A stretch of 64,000 nt of DNA from Candidatus Moraniibacteriota bacterium (GTDB lineage: Bacteria > Patescibacteriota > Minisyncoccia > Moranbacterales > UBA1568). The stretch covers positions 859,957-923,956 of the forward strand of contig CP064975.1 in assembly GCA_016699425.1 (NCBI GenBank). Direction: 5' to 3'. This document shows, in pieces, positions 30,664 through 40,055 of the stretch. A program made the position numbers and the translations under genes. Below the pieces are notes generated by a model. The model had not been told where the DNA came from. It saw only the letters and a program-made list of their open reading frames with translations, and ran no database searches. Positions within the stretch are counted from its first letter, which is position 1, and each line of letters begins with the position of its first letter.

Positions 30664-31743
30664 TTATAAGCTTTTAGAAATAAGTGCCAAGAGTTCTCCT
30701 CTCCTATCTCGAAGAAAGACGACTTTGTTGAACTCTGAATCAAGTGAAGGGTCAGTTTTGAAATGCTCGAGATAATAATGATCAGAAAGAGGCCAGGTCA
30801 ATGTAAGAAGTTTTTGATACCAGGCTTCTATTGCATACTCTAGTTCCCCTAACTCAAAAGTAAAACCACAGGTGCTCGTATACCCTCTCAAAAAAGCATT
30901 CGCCACATCTCTCTTGTCCTCTAAATGATCAAAGCCCCTTCTGACCACACACATATTAAATGATCGGATAAACTCATTATAGGGGTTTTCCATTCCGCTT
31001 ATATCCCAATCACACACTCCAATAATCACTCCAGCCTCATTAAAAAGAAGGTTAGCGGTATGGTAGTCTCCGTGACAAATCGTCAACTCTTTCTCTTGTT
31101 CAACGAAAGTACGTTTTTGTAGAAGATTGGTTTTCAGTTCAATAAAAGCTAGGGCCTTGTTGTCGTATTCGTCTTTTACTTCCTTCTCGTTGATTTCCTT
31201 CTGCATCTTTTCAAATTTGGACAGACTTTCCTCCTTACTATCTGAAACCCAAGCCGAAATACGTTTGATAGATTCAGGAACTGCAGTAGTACGAGACACG
31301 GCGTGGATTTTACCCAACATCTCTCCTAAGTGATACGTGAATGCTATCCGTTCAGCTTCAGAAGAGTGATACTCTGCATGAGCAATATAGGGAAAGATGG
31401 AGTAAAACTCGCCGTCAACATCCGTATGTAGTTCTCCTTTTTTATTCTTTATTGGAAGAACGACGGGGACATCTGAGTGATCTTTGACAAAGCTTGCCGA
31501 CCTTTCAGAATTTTCGATCTTGAGTAAATCTGCTCTTTTATGCTTCTTAATAAAATATGTATTTCCACTTTTGTCTTCAACAATAAGATTTTTAGTACTG
31601 ATTCCTTTTTCAGGCTCACGCACAAAACTAAGTTGGGTGAAACCATACTCTTTCGCAAGATTATCTAGAATAGGCTGAAACTCGGACATCTTTGAGATAT
31701 TATGATTGAGCTTATTATACCAGACTTCGCCCCGCCATTTCAT
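30664..31743 (-). CDS. APH/ChoK-family phosphotransferase (aminoglycoside/macrolide kinase-like)
   Basis: Brenner motif ICHGDYHTANLLF and GVCDWD. Confidence 0.7.
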   Translation of the reverse strand: MKWRGEVWYNKLNHNISKMSEFQPILDNLAKEYGFTQLSFVREPEKGISTKNLIVEDKSGNTYFIKKHKRADLLKIENSERSASFVKDHSDVPVVLPIKNKKGELHTDVDGEFYSIFPYIAHAEYHSSEAERIAFTYHLGEMLGKIHAVSRTTAVPESIKRISAWVSDSKEESLSKFEKMQKEINEKEVKDEYDNKALAFIELKTNLLQKRTFVEQEKELTICHGDYHTANLLFNEAGVIIGVCDWDISGMENPYNEFIRSFNMCVVRRGFDHLEDKRDVANAFLRGYTSTCGFTFELGELEYAIEAWYQKLLTLTWPLSDHYYLEHFKTDPSLDSEFNKVVFLRDRRGELLALISKSL

Positions 31744-31745
31744 CC

Positions 31746-31893
31746 ATCAAAAAAGAGGCTCTCTCAAGCCTCCAAAAGCGACCACTCTCACAGCATGTGG
31801 TGTTCTGAAACACTACAAAGTGTAAATGAATCTAATAGCCTATTCAAGCCATTTTTTAGGATGGCTATAGGATCAAGTAGGGATAATTCAGGA
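31746..31893. repeat. att-like direct repeat copy B (left arm + core + right arm), contains minus-strand terminator hairpin
   Basis: aaaaaagaggctctctcaagcctcc...cagcatgtggtgttctgaaacactacaaagtgtaaatg... Confidence 0.8.
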
Positions 31894-32051
31894 GAGTAAG
31901 CGTTCATATACCCCTATTATCTCAATTTCTCCCATTGTGAGCAATCCTCGCTTGGCGGGACAGCTTTCAAACATTGCAGTGGGAACAGGCTTTCCCTGAT
32001 CTAGCAATTGCTACTCAACAAATTAATAGACTTTTAGGCCTGGTATAAAAA

Positions 32052-33833
32052 TCAAGAGAAGGTAAACGCATACACCGCTGTCCCTGGCGTTTCGAATTCT
32101 AAGCGAAGCATATGCTCTCCAGACACCCCTTTCCCGTCAAAGAGCTCGTAGAGCCTCTCTGTATCGACTAATACCTTTCCATCAATAACATCTTTACCCG
32201 ACAGTTCCTTCGTAATCGGATTCTGATCCAGAAAAACTTTTACGCTCGCCGACGAAGCATTATCTGGTGGAGCCAGAACCAGAAAAACCTTCTTCCCTTT
32301 GAAACGAAGAGTGAGCATCGTATCACTTCCAGCGATCGCTCTTTCCGATTCGACTTTCCAGATTCCAGTGTAAGCAAAATAATCTTGTTTCAGTGTAGCT
32401 GGCGCAGTAAATATCTGCGCTTCTCCGGTCACTCGTTCGGGTGATAGAAACCGCTCCATACGTGAACTCCCAAGGTATGTTTCCGGGGTCTGGCCTCTCC
32501 CAGGAGTATCCGCCACAATTCCCAGAGTATCGGTACTCGCTTTTCTTCCTGCTTCTTCAAGAAGACTCTGAATAGCCTGTTCCGTTTCTTTATAATTCCC
32601 TTCCCCGAAATGATATTCGCGTATCCTCCCTTCTGTATCAATCAAATAATGCGCCGGCCAATAGCGATTGTTGTAGGCTTGCCATGTGCCATAATTGTTG
32701 TCCTGAGCCACAGGATAATTGATCCCGTACCGTGCCAGGGCATCAACAACGTTCGTTGTCTTTTTCTCAAATGCAAATTCTGGCGTGTGCACCCCAATCA
32801 CCACAAACCCCTGGTCTTTGTACTTCTCATACCAGCCAGTCACATAGGGAAGTGTCCGGATACAATTGATACAGCTATAGGTCCAGAAATCTATAAGTAC
32901 AACTTTGCCACGCAATCCCTCCATGGTCAGTGCTGAGTCAGTATTGAGCCATTTCTCTATGCCCACGAATTCTGGTGCTTGCCCATATTGAGGGAGATTG
33001 CTTTTCATATTTGATTTAGTCTCCTCTTTCTTAAGAAGTGAACTTTCTCTATCAACGCTCTTCAATTCATCAAGTTTCTGTTTCACCGTATCATTTTTCT
33101 CGAGCCCGTTTAAAAAACTCTCATAACTCGGAAATGTATCCAACAGCTTCGTTTGAAGTATCTTGTCATACCCGGTGTAAATTGCTCCAGCCGCCAAAAT
33201 CATAATCAGACCAAATGACTGCTGGATGCGTTTGGTATAGGGTGCCAGTGCCCTGGTCTTGGTCAGTACCTTTTTCCCTAAAACAGCCAGGACAAAGAGT
33301 GGGAGCGATACGCCGAGCACAAACGCCAATGTTACGAGCACCACCTGGAAGCTGACGGCCTGAGTCGCGGCCAGAGTGGCGATCGTCGCCAGAATTGGCC
33401 CAGCACAAGGCGACCACACGAGACCCAAGGCAAAGCCCGTAATGAAACCGCTCCAAAAACCTGTGCCGGAATTTTTCGTAAACCGTCCGCCGATAGAAGC
33501 AAACCGACTCACCACTCCCTCCAGTCGCGCTCCCAAAGCTGGAACGATAAGAGTCAATCCCAAAAGAGCTATCACCAAGACAGCAAACAGGCGCAAAACC
33601 TCAGGATCGAACGGGATGACTTGAACGACAAAAGCAAGGGCGAGCGTTGCCAGCATAAAGCTCACCGCCAAACCTGTTACGATACCAAGGGGCTTCCGCT
33701 CACCACCAGTCGCCCCCGCTGACAACACAATAGGGAGAATCGGCCAAATACACGGCGCAAAAATCGTCACTACCCCAGAAAGAAATGCAAATATGATGAG
33801 AATGGTCATACTGTTTTGAAAAAATATTACCAA
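32052..33833 (-). CDS. DsbD/CcdA-type transmembrane thiol-disulfide transporter fused to TlpA-like thioredoxin domain (ScsB-like)
   Basis: N-terminal polytopic domain with paired Cys (FAPCIWPIL, WSPCAGPIL), thioredoxin CINC motif (WTYSCINCIRTLP), C-terminal extra domain. Confidence 0.7.
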   Translation of the reverse strand: MVIFFQNSMTILIIFAFLSGVVTIFAPCIWPILPIVLSAGATGGERKPLGIVTGLAVSFMLATLALAFVVQVIPFDPEVLRLFAVLVIALLGLTLIVPALGARLEGVVSRFASIGGRFTKNSGTGFWSGFITGFALGLVWSPCAGPILATIATLAATQAVSFQVVLVTLAFVLGVSLPLFVLAVLGKKVLTKTRALAPYTKRIQQSFGLIMILAAGAIYTGYDKILQTKLLDTFPSYESFLNGLEKNDTVKQKLDELKSVDRESSLLKKEETKSNMKSNLPQYGQAPEFVGIEKWLNTDSALTMEGLRGKVVLIDFWTYSCINCIRTLPYVTGWYEKYKDQGFVVIGVHTPEFAFEKKTTNVVDALARYGINYPVAQDNNYGTWQAYNNRYWPAHYLIDTEGRIREYHFGEGNYKETEQAIQSLLEEAGRKASTDTLGIVADTPGRGQTPETYLGSSRMERFLSPERVTGEAQIFTAPATLKQDYFAYTGIWKVESERAIAGSDTMLTLRFKGKKVFLVLAPPDNASSASVKVFLDQNPITKELSGKDVIDGKVLVDTERLYELFDGKGVSGEHMLRLEFETPGTAVYAFTFS

Positions 33834-33893
33834 GGGGAACAGCTCTGCAGAAACTGTCCCGACTTCGTACTACTTTTTACTTTGATAGAATCG

Positions 33894-34460
33894 CTATTTC
33901 ACCTGAGTAAGCAGTTCGCTCAACCCTTCACTCCCAGACCATTTAGCAATCATTTTTCCCATCGCATCCACCTGCACCAATGTATGCTGGTAGGTGACGC
34001 CATACTGCTTCTTGAGGTCAGTGTACTTGTCATAATCCACATCAAGAACCAGTGTGTTCTGTGGGATCTGACTAAGATTGGCTTTGATATTAGCATCTAG
34101 AGCACGGCACGTCGGACACCAGGAAGCGCGGAAAAAAAGCACTACCTTGCCATCTTTGGCAAAAGCAATCTTTGATGCGTCGTATGAGACATACTGCCCC
34201 CCTTTGACCATCATCGCGTTGTCCTGTTTCATCATGGCATCTTCTTTGACCATTGTTTCTGCTTTCTTTTCCATCATGGCCTCAGGTTGCTTCATGACCT
34301 CTTCTTTTTTCTCCATCGCCACTTTTTCAGCCATGGCTTTTTCTTCCATCATGGCTTTGTCTTTCATGGCCTGCTGGTTAGATGTGTACCACCAACCACC
34401 AAGAACAACAACCACTCCAAGCGCAAGGGCTCCCACTATCATTTTATTCATATTTTTCAC
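33894..34460 (-). CDS. membrane-anchored thioredoxin-fold protein with methionine-rich (MxxM-type) segment
   Basis: SWCPTC thioredoxin motif; Met-rich region AMKDKAMMEEKAMAEKVAMEKKEEVMKQPEAMMEKK. Confidence 0.65.
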   Translation of the reverse strand: MKNMNKMIVGALALGVVVVLGGWWYTSNQQAMKDKAMMEEKAMAEKVAMEKKEEVMKQPEAMMEKKAETMVKEDAMMKQDNAMMVKGGQYVSYDASKIAFAKDGKVVLFFRASWCPTCRALDANIKANLSQIPQNTLVLDVDYDKYTDLKKQYGVTYQHTLVQVDAMGKMIAKWSGSEGLSELLTQVK

Positions 34461-34499
34461 CTCCTTTCATATTTATGATTTATCACTCTGTACGATATT

Positions 34500-34871
34500 T
34501 TAATATCGCTTTTCTGCATACAATCGACCTACAATTTTTGCCAAAACCATCCCGGTCAATACAAACGGTAACCATGGATCAATCTTATGTGATAATGCTT
34601 GAACAATAATGCCCATAAGGAGAAGAGCTCCTCCAGCCGTATAAGCAAAACGAGTACCTATGAAACGATGGAGTTGTTCACGTTCATCCACGACGAGCTC
34701 CTTCCAAAGAAACATAGCAAAAAGAGCAAATAGCGTCACAATTAGACCGAGCAGTGTCATATGAAAAGCATCCGTCATCCAAAAGCCAAACGGATTAGCA
34801 AACCAAACGAGGAAAATTACAAGTAATACCGCTACGGCCGTTTCCGAAAAAATTTTCGACATCATACTCAT
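34500..34871 (-). CDS. small polytopic membrane protein
   Basis: 123 aa, 4 TM. Confidence 0.45.
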   Translation of the reverse strand: MSMMSKIFSETAVAVLLVIFLVWFANPFGFWMTDAFHMTLLGLIVTLFALFAMFLWKELVVDEREQLHRFIGTRFAYTAGGALLLMGIIVQALSHKIDPWLPFVLTGMVLAKIVGRLYAEKRY

Positions 34872-35077
34872 GACTTTTTAATGGTGAATATTTTCTCCAC
34901 TGGAACACAAAAAAACTGAGCGATTTTCATCGCCAGTAAAACAGAGGGGGTATAATTTCCTTTCTCAAGCGCAATAATAGTCTGCCGTGTAACGTTTACG
35001 GCCAGAGCCAACTCTTCTTGCGTCAGCCCCCGTAGTTTCCGCAAGTTTTCTATACTATTTTCAATTATTTCCTGCAT
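34868..35077 (-). CDS. XRE-family HTH transcriptional regulator
   Basis: [27 protein letters not shown]. Confidence 0.75.
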   Translation of the reverse strand: MQEIIENSIENLRKLRGLTQEELALAVNVTRQTIIALEKGNYTPSVLLAMKIAQFFCVPVEKIFTIKKS

Positions 35078-35177
35078 ACGATATGTAAAACTGACTTTAC
35101 ATTTCTATTTTAGACTAACAATACAATATGTCAAGCTTACTTTACATTTTAATTCCATAGTTCGAATCCCGTTTTAG

Positions 35178-35248
35178 ACATCAAAAAAGAGGCTCTCTCA
35201 AGCCTCCAAAAGCGACCACTCTCACAGCATGTGGTGTTCTGAAACACG
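35178..35248. repeat. att-like direct repeat copy C (left arm + core)
   Basis: identical to left 70 bp of copy B. Confidence 0.8.
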
Positions 35249-35500
35249 ATCTTCAAGATGAAGACGATGAGCCAGGAACGTGGTTGAAGTCAGTTAAAGA
35301 ACGAGGGCGACCGTATGACCTATCCTCATTGATCCCTCTTTCAATCACTGTGAACAACGCTCGTTGAGCGAAGCCTCCGAGCGTTCGTGTGGGAGCAAAC
35401 TTTCTCGGTCTGACCGTTTTACACCGAAAAATACAATGAGATCCTCGCGCTCATTGAAAAAAATGGGGCATTCCCATCGATGGGAGTGTCGGTCGACCAC

Positions 35501-36004
35501 CTACAGTATCTGCCCAACGATCACGACATAATTGTGACCATATTTCTTGGCACATTTAGGACAGGTAGTATACCACAGGTACCTTTTTTTGATCGAATAG
35601 CCTTTGCTTAGCGTAGTGTTCTCAAAATCTTTCATCCACGTGCCGGTCTCTTTGAAGTTCCCCTCATAGACCTTGCTGAAATATTTCCCACTCATAATTA
35701 CGTTTTCCGCGTCGGATATCTCTTTATCCACCGCCAGATACAAATCCATATTCCATTTTGATGTATGGTCAGATAAACATATATATTCAGGGGTTTGTGC
35801 ACCAGCGTTCTCTACTTTCCCGGTGATTCTCTTCATCACTTGGCCGAAATTAATCGGCATATAAAACACAGTACAAACTTTGTCTTTGATGAATCGCTTA
35901 TTCTCCCAACTAAATTCTTTGTTGTCCCAAGGTGTGGGATCAAATCTGAGGCAACATTCTTCCTTCTGGTTATTCACATATTTGTCGATTAAGATATTAT
36001 TCAT
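35501..36004 (-). CDS. hypothetical protein, AT-rich
   Basis: 167 aa ORF with C-terminal Cys pair (CPKC); no family recognised. Confidence 0.45.
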   Translation of the reverse strand: MNNILIDKYVNNQKEECCLRFDPTPWDNKEFSWENKRFIKDKVCTVFYMPINFGQVMKRITGKVENAGAQTPEYICLSDHTSKWNMDLYLAVDKEISDAENVIMSGKYFSKVYEGNFKETGTWMKDFENTTLSKGYSIKKRYLWYTTCPKCAKKYGHNYVVIVGQIL

Positions 36005-36221
36005 AGCATTCGCTAAATGTGATTAGATTCCTCCCTCCCAACCGAAAAATGAAAGGGATACATTTCACCGCTATTATACACCCAGATTCCGATCGACTCC
36101 TCGGAGTACAAAAATGAGGTTTCCATTAAGCCTCAGGTACCAACCTCTCTCAGGACTTGCAGAGTCCCGGACCGCTTCACTCGGGGAATAACGCCGAGAC
36201 TGCTATACCCGCGCGCCCTGA

Positions 36222-36272
36222 GCCATCTGCATGCGGGACATGATTTCCTAGTTCACGCTCCGGGCATCGCGA
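36222..36272. repeat. degenerate duplicate of the 3' end of the T4CP gene (in-frame TAG)
   Basis: gccatctgcatgcgggacatgatttcctAgttcac...ccgggcatcgcga vs 36833-36883. Confidence 0.8.
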
Positions 36273-36326
36273 TCGTTAACGTTGCTCACGTCATTCCGCC
36301 AACCCACAGTCTCTGAGGCTCTTCGC

Positions 36327-36764
36327 CTACAACTGGTCGATTGCGTTGCGCAATTCTGCCACCAGGGACTGAAGCTCGCCATCGGACATGATCGCTCGGA
36401 CACCATGCGCGTGGTCCAAGTCACCGAGACGGATATCAGGGATGAAGTGATAGTGAAGGTGTTCGACGCTCTTACCACTCCCCATCCCCTCCCGAACCAT
36501 GAGCGTAAAGCTATCATACCCGAGATAACGGAGAAGACGAGCACTCTGGTGAGCGAGGTCCTGGATATCGGCAAGCTCCTCCGGACTGAGTTGGAGGAAC
36601 GATTTTTTGTGCTCATTCGGGACGATCAGTAAGTGATGCTTGTGATACGGGGCCAGCGCGTACGTGACATAGGCGGTTTTGTTTTCGAAGAACCTACGGT
36701 CATCCGATGCACAAAACGGGCAGGTTCCTGGAGGCAATGCGTCGATATAATCAGAATATCTCAT
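36327..36764 (-). CDS. HIT-family hydrolase (second copy in window)
   Basis: HLHYHFIPD histidine triad; CPFC zinc motif at N-terminus. Confidence 0.75.
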   Translation of the reverse strand: MRYSDYIDALPPGTCPFCASDDRRFFENKTAYVTYALAPYHKHHLLIVPNEHKKSFLQLSPEELADIQDLAHQSARLLRYLGYDSFTLMVREGMGSGKSVEHLHYHFIPDIRLGDLDHAHGVRAIMSDGELQSLVAELRNAIDQL

Positions 36765-36813
36765 AGAAACACAGGTTACTCTTTACCTTGATTCATCTCC
36801 GATAGACTCGCTC

Positions 36814-39306
36814 CTATACCTTGGCACCTTCGGCCATCTGCATGCGGGACATGATTTCCTGGTTCACAATCCGGGCATCGCGACCATAGCGCAGGCGCGA
36901 GAGTTCCTTCAAGGCGTTAGCGACTTCTTGGTCACCCGATGTCGGCGGGTAGGTCTTCAAATTGAACGGCTTGGTCAGCTCATTGTTCATGAGAAGCCGA
37001 GCGAAGGCCTGATAGTTATCGACGTTTACCATGTCGTGAGCCGTGAAGACCGGCGCAAACTGTTTCTCGAGAAACTCCGAGTCCTCGGGGCCAACCCGGA
37101 ACGCGACAAGCGAACCGACATTGCCGAAAACTGCCTTGGAGATCTCTTCCTTCAGCTGTCCGATGAATTGATGAGCAAGGATAAGGACGAGCCGATACTT
37201 GCGCGCCTCGGAAAGGATCTGTGCGATGGACGTCGTAGTCACATTCTGGAACTCATCGAGGTAGAGGTAGAAATCGCGTCGCTCGGCCTCGGGCTGATCG
37301 ACCCGCGACAGAGCCGCCATGAGGATCTTGCCGACGACGACCATACCGAGGAGCCGGGCATTGATCTCCCCGATCTTACCTTTGGAGAGGTTGATGAGGA
37401 CGATTTTCCCCTGATCCATAAGCTCGCGGAAGTTCAACGCACTTTCCTGCTGCGCGATGATCGGCCGCATCATGTCGTTACTGATGAAGGTGGTCAGTTT
37501 TGACGTGATGTACGGAACCATATTGGCGAGCGCCGCCTCGCCACCCGCCTTCTCGGCCTCCTTCAGCCAGAAGTCACGGACGATCGGGTTCGTGCAGTGG
37601 GCCAGTTTATAGCGTCGGAATTCCTCATCCGCCAAGACTTTCGGGATCTCCATGAGAGTCGATCCACTCTCGGGGTGCTCCATGATGAGGAGCATGGCGT
37701 TGCGCATATACTGCTCAAACATCGGGCCGCCCGTCGCCTTCATATCGTACAACTGGTCGAAGATGCCGATCATCTCATTGATGACGAAGGTCTTCTGCTC
37801 GGGGTGATTGGGATCGTACTCGAGCATATTTATACCGATCGGCCGGGCGATATCGGCTGGATCAAACACGATGACATCCTCGGCACGCTCCTTCGGGATG
37901 GCCGTCAGGATGTCTTCGATCGCATCCCCGTGCGGATCGATGAAACAGAAACCTTTGCCGGACCGAGCATCCTTCTTCGCCATCTCCTGTAGGTAATTCG
38001 ACTTCCCGACACCGGTCTGACCGATCACATACATGTGGCGGCGGCGATCATTGTCGGTGATGCGGATCTCTGTCTTGGCATTTCGGTAGTCGTTGAAGCC
38101 GAGGAGGAGCCCATCCTTCGGGACATTGATCGGTGGTGGTGCAGCACCCGCTTTCAACCATTTGATCTTCGGCGTCTCGGTGGTCGAGATCGGGAAGTGG
38201 AAGAAGCTGGCGACTTCATCCGAAGTGAGGACCATAGCCGAATCCGGATCGAAATTGCGGAAGATGTAATGATAGGCAGCTTTCTTCGATGAGATCCGCT
38301 TTTTGACGCGGAAGCTGTTCACTTCCGGATTCTCAAACTGAGAGAACGCGTTCTCCAGATGGCTCAGGATAGCTTCGGCACGAACCTTTGTCGCAGCAGA
38401 GGCGAGGAGACGGATATTCACTGAGAATGCCGCCTGGCTTGCTTTCGCGTCGATCGTCTTCACGAGTTCTTGTTCTTCAGGCGTCAATACCACCGGTTTT
38501 TTCTCTTCCTGACTTTGAGTCTTCGCGTCCTGTTGGAGTACCACACGGCCCACGCCCTGCAAGGCCGACTTGCCAACCATCGCTGCAAATGACTCCGGGT
38601 GAGCATCCTCAAGCCGCTTACCTTCCTGCATCTTTTGCGCGATATGCCGACTCCCCTTGCGCCAACCGATGGGGGCCGGAGCGAGCACGATTTGGATGGC
38701 AGCACCTTCCGACACCGTCTCCAGTTTCGACAGCGCATTGGAAATCTCATTCAAGGGGTCAACCAGGAGCGTCTTGTAGGTTTTCAGCGGAAGCGCGAAG
38801 CCAGCTGAGAGTTCAAGGAGCGAGACGGCTGTCTCCCCCGCCGGAGAAAAAATCGTGTAGTCCGGCACCTTCTCAATGGCCGACTGCGGGAAAAAACTGT
38901 GAATCTGCTTCTCGACACTTTCCCGATAGTGCTTCGGAACGGACAGATAAAAGAAGATTTCCTCGCTCGAGGACGGATTGGCGATCTCGAAGACGATATG
39001 TGGTGGCTCGAAGAAAATATGCTTCCACCACGGAAAATGCCGCTTGAGCGACGCGAGCGAGGTGAGGAGCTGATCCATCGCCCGGATTTCCTCCCGCCAC
39101 TCCTCGGCCGTGTGCGCGGTACCCTCGGCGACTTGCTTCTTGCTCACCTGGACAGTCTCGAGATCGAGATTGAGCGATTGCGAAACTTCAAACCGTATCA
39201 GGAGAAAACTCTTCACGACGAGGAAAATCCCCGAAACAAAAGCGAGTAGGCCCGAAAGGTATGCCAACGGAAGGAGCACGACATTCAAATCGAATTCGGA
39301 GAGCAT
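36814..39306 (-). CDS. type IV coupling protein-like ATPase (VirD4/TraG/TraD family)
   Basis: Two N-terminal TM; Walker A VIGQTGVGKSN; Walker B FYLYLDEFQN; LILAHQFIGQL motif typical of T4CP. Confidence 0.7.
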   Translation of the reverse strand: MLSEFDLNVVLLPLAYLSGLLAFVSGIFLVVKSFLLIRFEVSQSLNLDLETVQVSKKQVAEGTAHTAEEWREEIRAMDQLLTSLASLKRHFPWWKHIFFEPPHIVFEIANPSSSEEIFFYLSVPKHYRESVEKQIHSFFPQSAIEKVPDYTIFSPAGETAVSLLELSAGFALPLKTYKTLLVDPLNEISNALSKLETVSEGAAIQIVLAPAPIGWRKGSRHIAQKMQEGKRLEDAHPESFAAMVGKSALQGVGRVVLQQDAKTQSQEEKKPVVLTPEEQELVKTIDAKASQAAFSVNIRLLASAATKVRAEAILSHLENAFSQFENPEVNSFRVKKRISSKKAAYHYIFRNFDPDSAMVLTSDEVASFFHFPISTTETPKIKWLKAGAAPPPINVPKDGLLLGFNDYRNAKTEIRITDNDRRRHMYVIGQTGVGKSNYLQEMAKKDARSGKGFCFIDPHGDAIEDILTAIPKERAEDVIVFDPADIARPIGINMLEYDPNHPEQKTFVINEMIGIFDQLYDMKATGGPMFEQYMRNAMLLIMEHPESGSTLMEIPKVLADEEFRRYKLAHCTNPIVRDFWLKEAEKAGGEAALANMVPYITSKLTTFISNDMMRPIIAQQESALNFRELMDQGKIVLINLSKGKIGEINARLLGMVVVGKILMAALSRVDQPEAERRDFYLYLDEFQNVTTTSIAQILSEARKYRLVLILAHQFIGQLKEEISKAVFGNVGSLVAFRVGPEDSEFLEKQFAPVFTAHDMVNVDNYQAFARLLMNNELTKPFNLKTYPPTSGDQEVANALKELSRLRYGRDARIVNQEIMSRMQMAEGAKV

Positions 39307-39327
39307 GCTGTTTGTTTTTGTTGAATC

Positions 39328-39732
39328 CTATTCTCCTTGGATCAGCCCCTTCGCCTTCAGTGCTTCATAGAACCGGTCGGCGAGTTCGTCATGCATCGTG
39401 TCGAGGACATAGAAATCATTCAGCTTGCGAGCGACTGCTACAGCGTGGGCGACACCCTTCACTTGTGCGAGCTCGACGAGTTGCGTCACGCGACTCGCTG
39501 CATCCATCGCCTGACCCATTTGTGCTGCGTCCGTATCGATATCATCCGTCGCCGCCGCTGACTGAGGGCTCGACTGAGAGAGAATCGCGGCGTACTTTTC
39601 GTTCACCTGCTCCGCGACCCGTTCACCCGTCCGCTCGACAGCAGGCGCACCCTCGGCTCCTGGATGCGCCGGGACGATCGGTTCGGCAGCAACAATCGGC
39701 GTTTCTTTTTTTCGAGAGAGAAATTCCCACAT
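39328..39732 (-). CDS. hypothetical protein
   Basis: ORF in operon. Confidence 0.45.
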   Translation of the reverse strand: MWEFLSRKKETPIVAAEPIVPAHPGAEGAPAVERTGERVAEQVNEKYAAILSQSSPQSAAATDDIDTDAAQMGQAMDAASRVTQLVELAQVKGVAHAVAVARKLNDFYVLDTMHDELADRFYEALKAKGLIQGE

Positions 39733-39736
39733 AGCC

Positions 39737-40039
39737 TTAGGCAGTAGCCTTGATGTCTTTCTTGAACTGATCGACGATGTTTTGGACGAAGGCGCTGTAC
39801 TCCGGTATGCGCTCGTCGAGGAATTTCCCGACTGCCGCCTCGGATGGTGCCGTCTCGATGAGTGCTTCGTAGTCCGTCATCCCCTGTTCGCCGAGCCGCT
39901 CCATTGTTTCCATAAAGATGCGTTTCAGAAGTGCTTCGAGCATCTTGGCGAGGAGCTCTTCTTGCTTCGGCTTCGGCAAACCCGCGAGCGCGAGCGATTC
40001 GATGAGTTCCGCTTCGATTTTCGAGTAGTCGATATCCAT
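39737..40039 (-). CDS. hypothetical protein
   Basis: ORF in operon. Confidence 0.45.
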   Translation of the reverse strand: MDIDYSKIEAELIESLALAGLPKPKQEELLAKMLEALLKRIFMETMERLGEQGMTDYEALIETAPSEAAVGKFLDERIPEYSAFVQNIVDQFKKDIKATA

Positions 40040-40055
40040 AAGTATCTATTTTCTA

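Larger units (their letters stand above)
29421..35248. mobile_element. two tandem low-GC cargo cassettes bounded by three att-like direct repeats (putative integrated elements, no integrase present)
   Basis: Repeat architecture X-core-P', P-core-P', P-core-Y with common 23-bp core CAGCATGTGGTGTTCTGAAACAC; cargo genes visibly AT-richer than surrounding genome. Confidence 0.5.

Noticed and set aside
31780-31815. CRISPR-like repeat (GTGTTTCAGAACACCACATGCTGTG on the minus strand)
   Set aside because: Only three copies spaced 2.3 and 3.4 kb apart. There is no regular repeat-spacer array and no cas genes. It is better explained as an att-like site core.
35418-35600. Open frame after a TGA (PFYTEKYNEILALIEKNGAF...), raising the idea of UGA recoding (code 25) or a plus-strand gene remnant
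   Set aside because: Genome-wide ORF structure, including a 1255-aa ORF and intact r-proteins, is consistent with the standard code. The fragment lacks a start codon and overlaps the minus-strand 167-aa gene. At most it is a decayed remnant.
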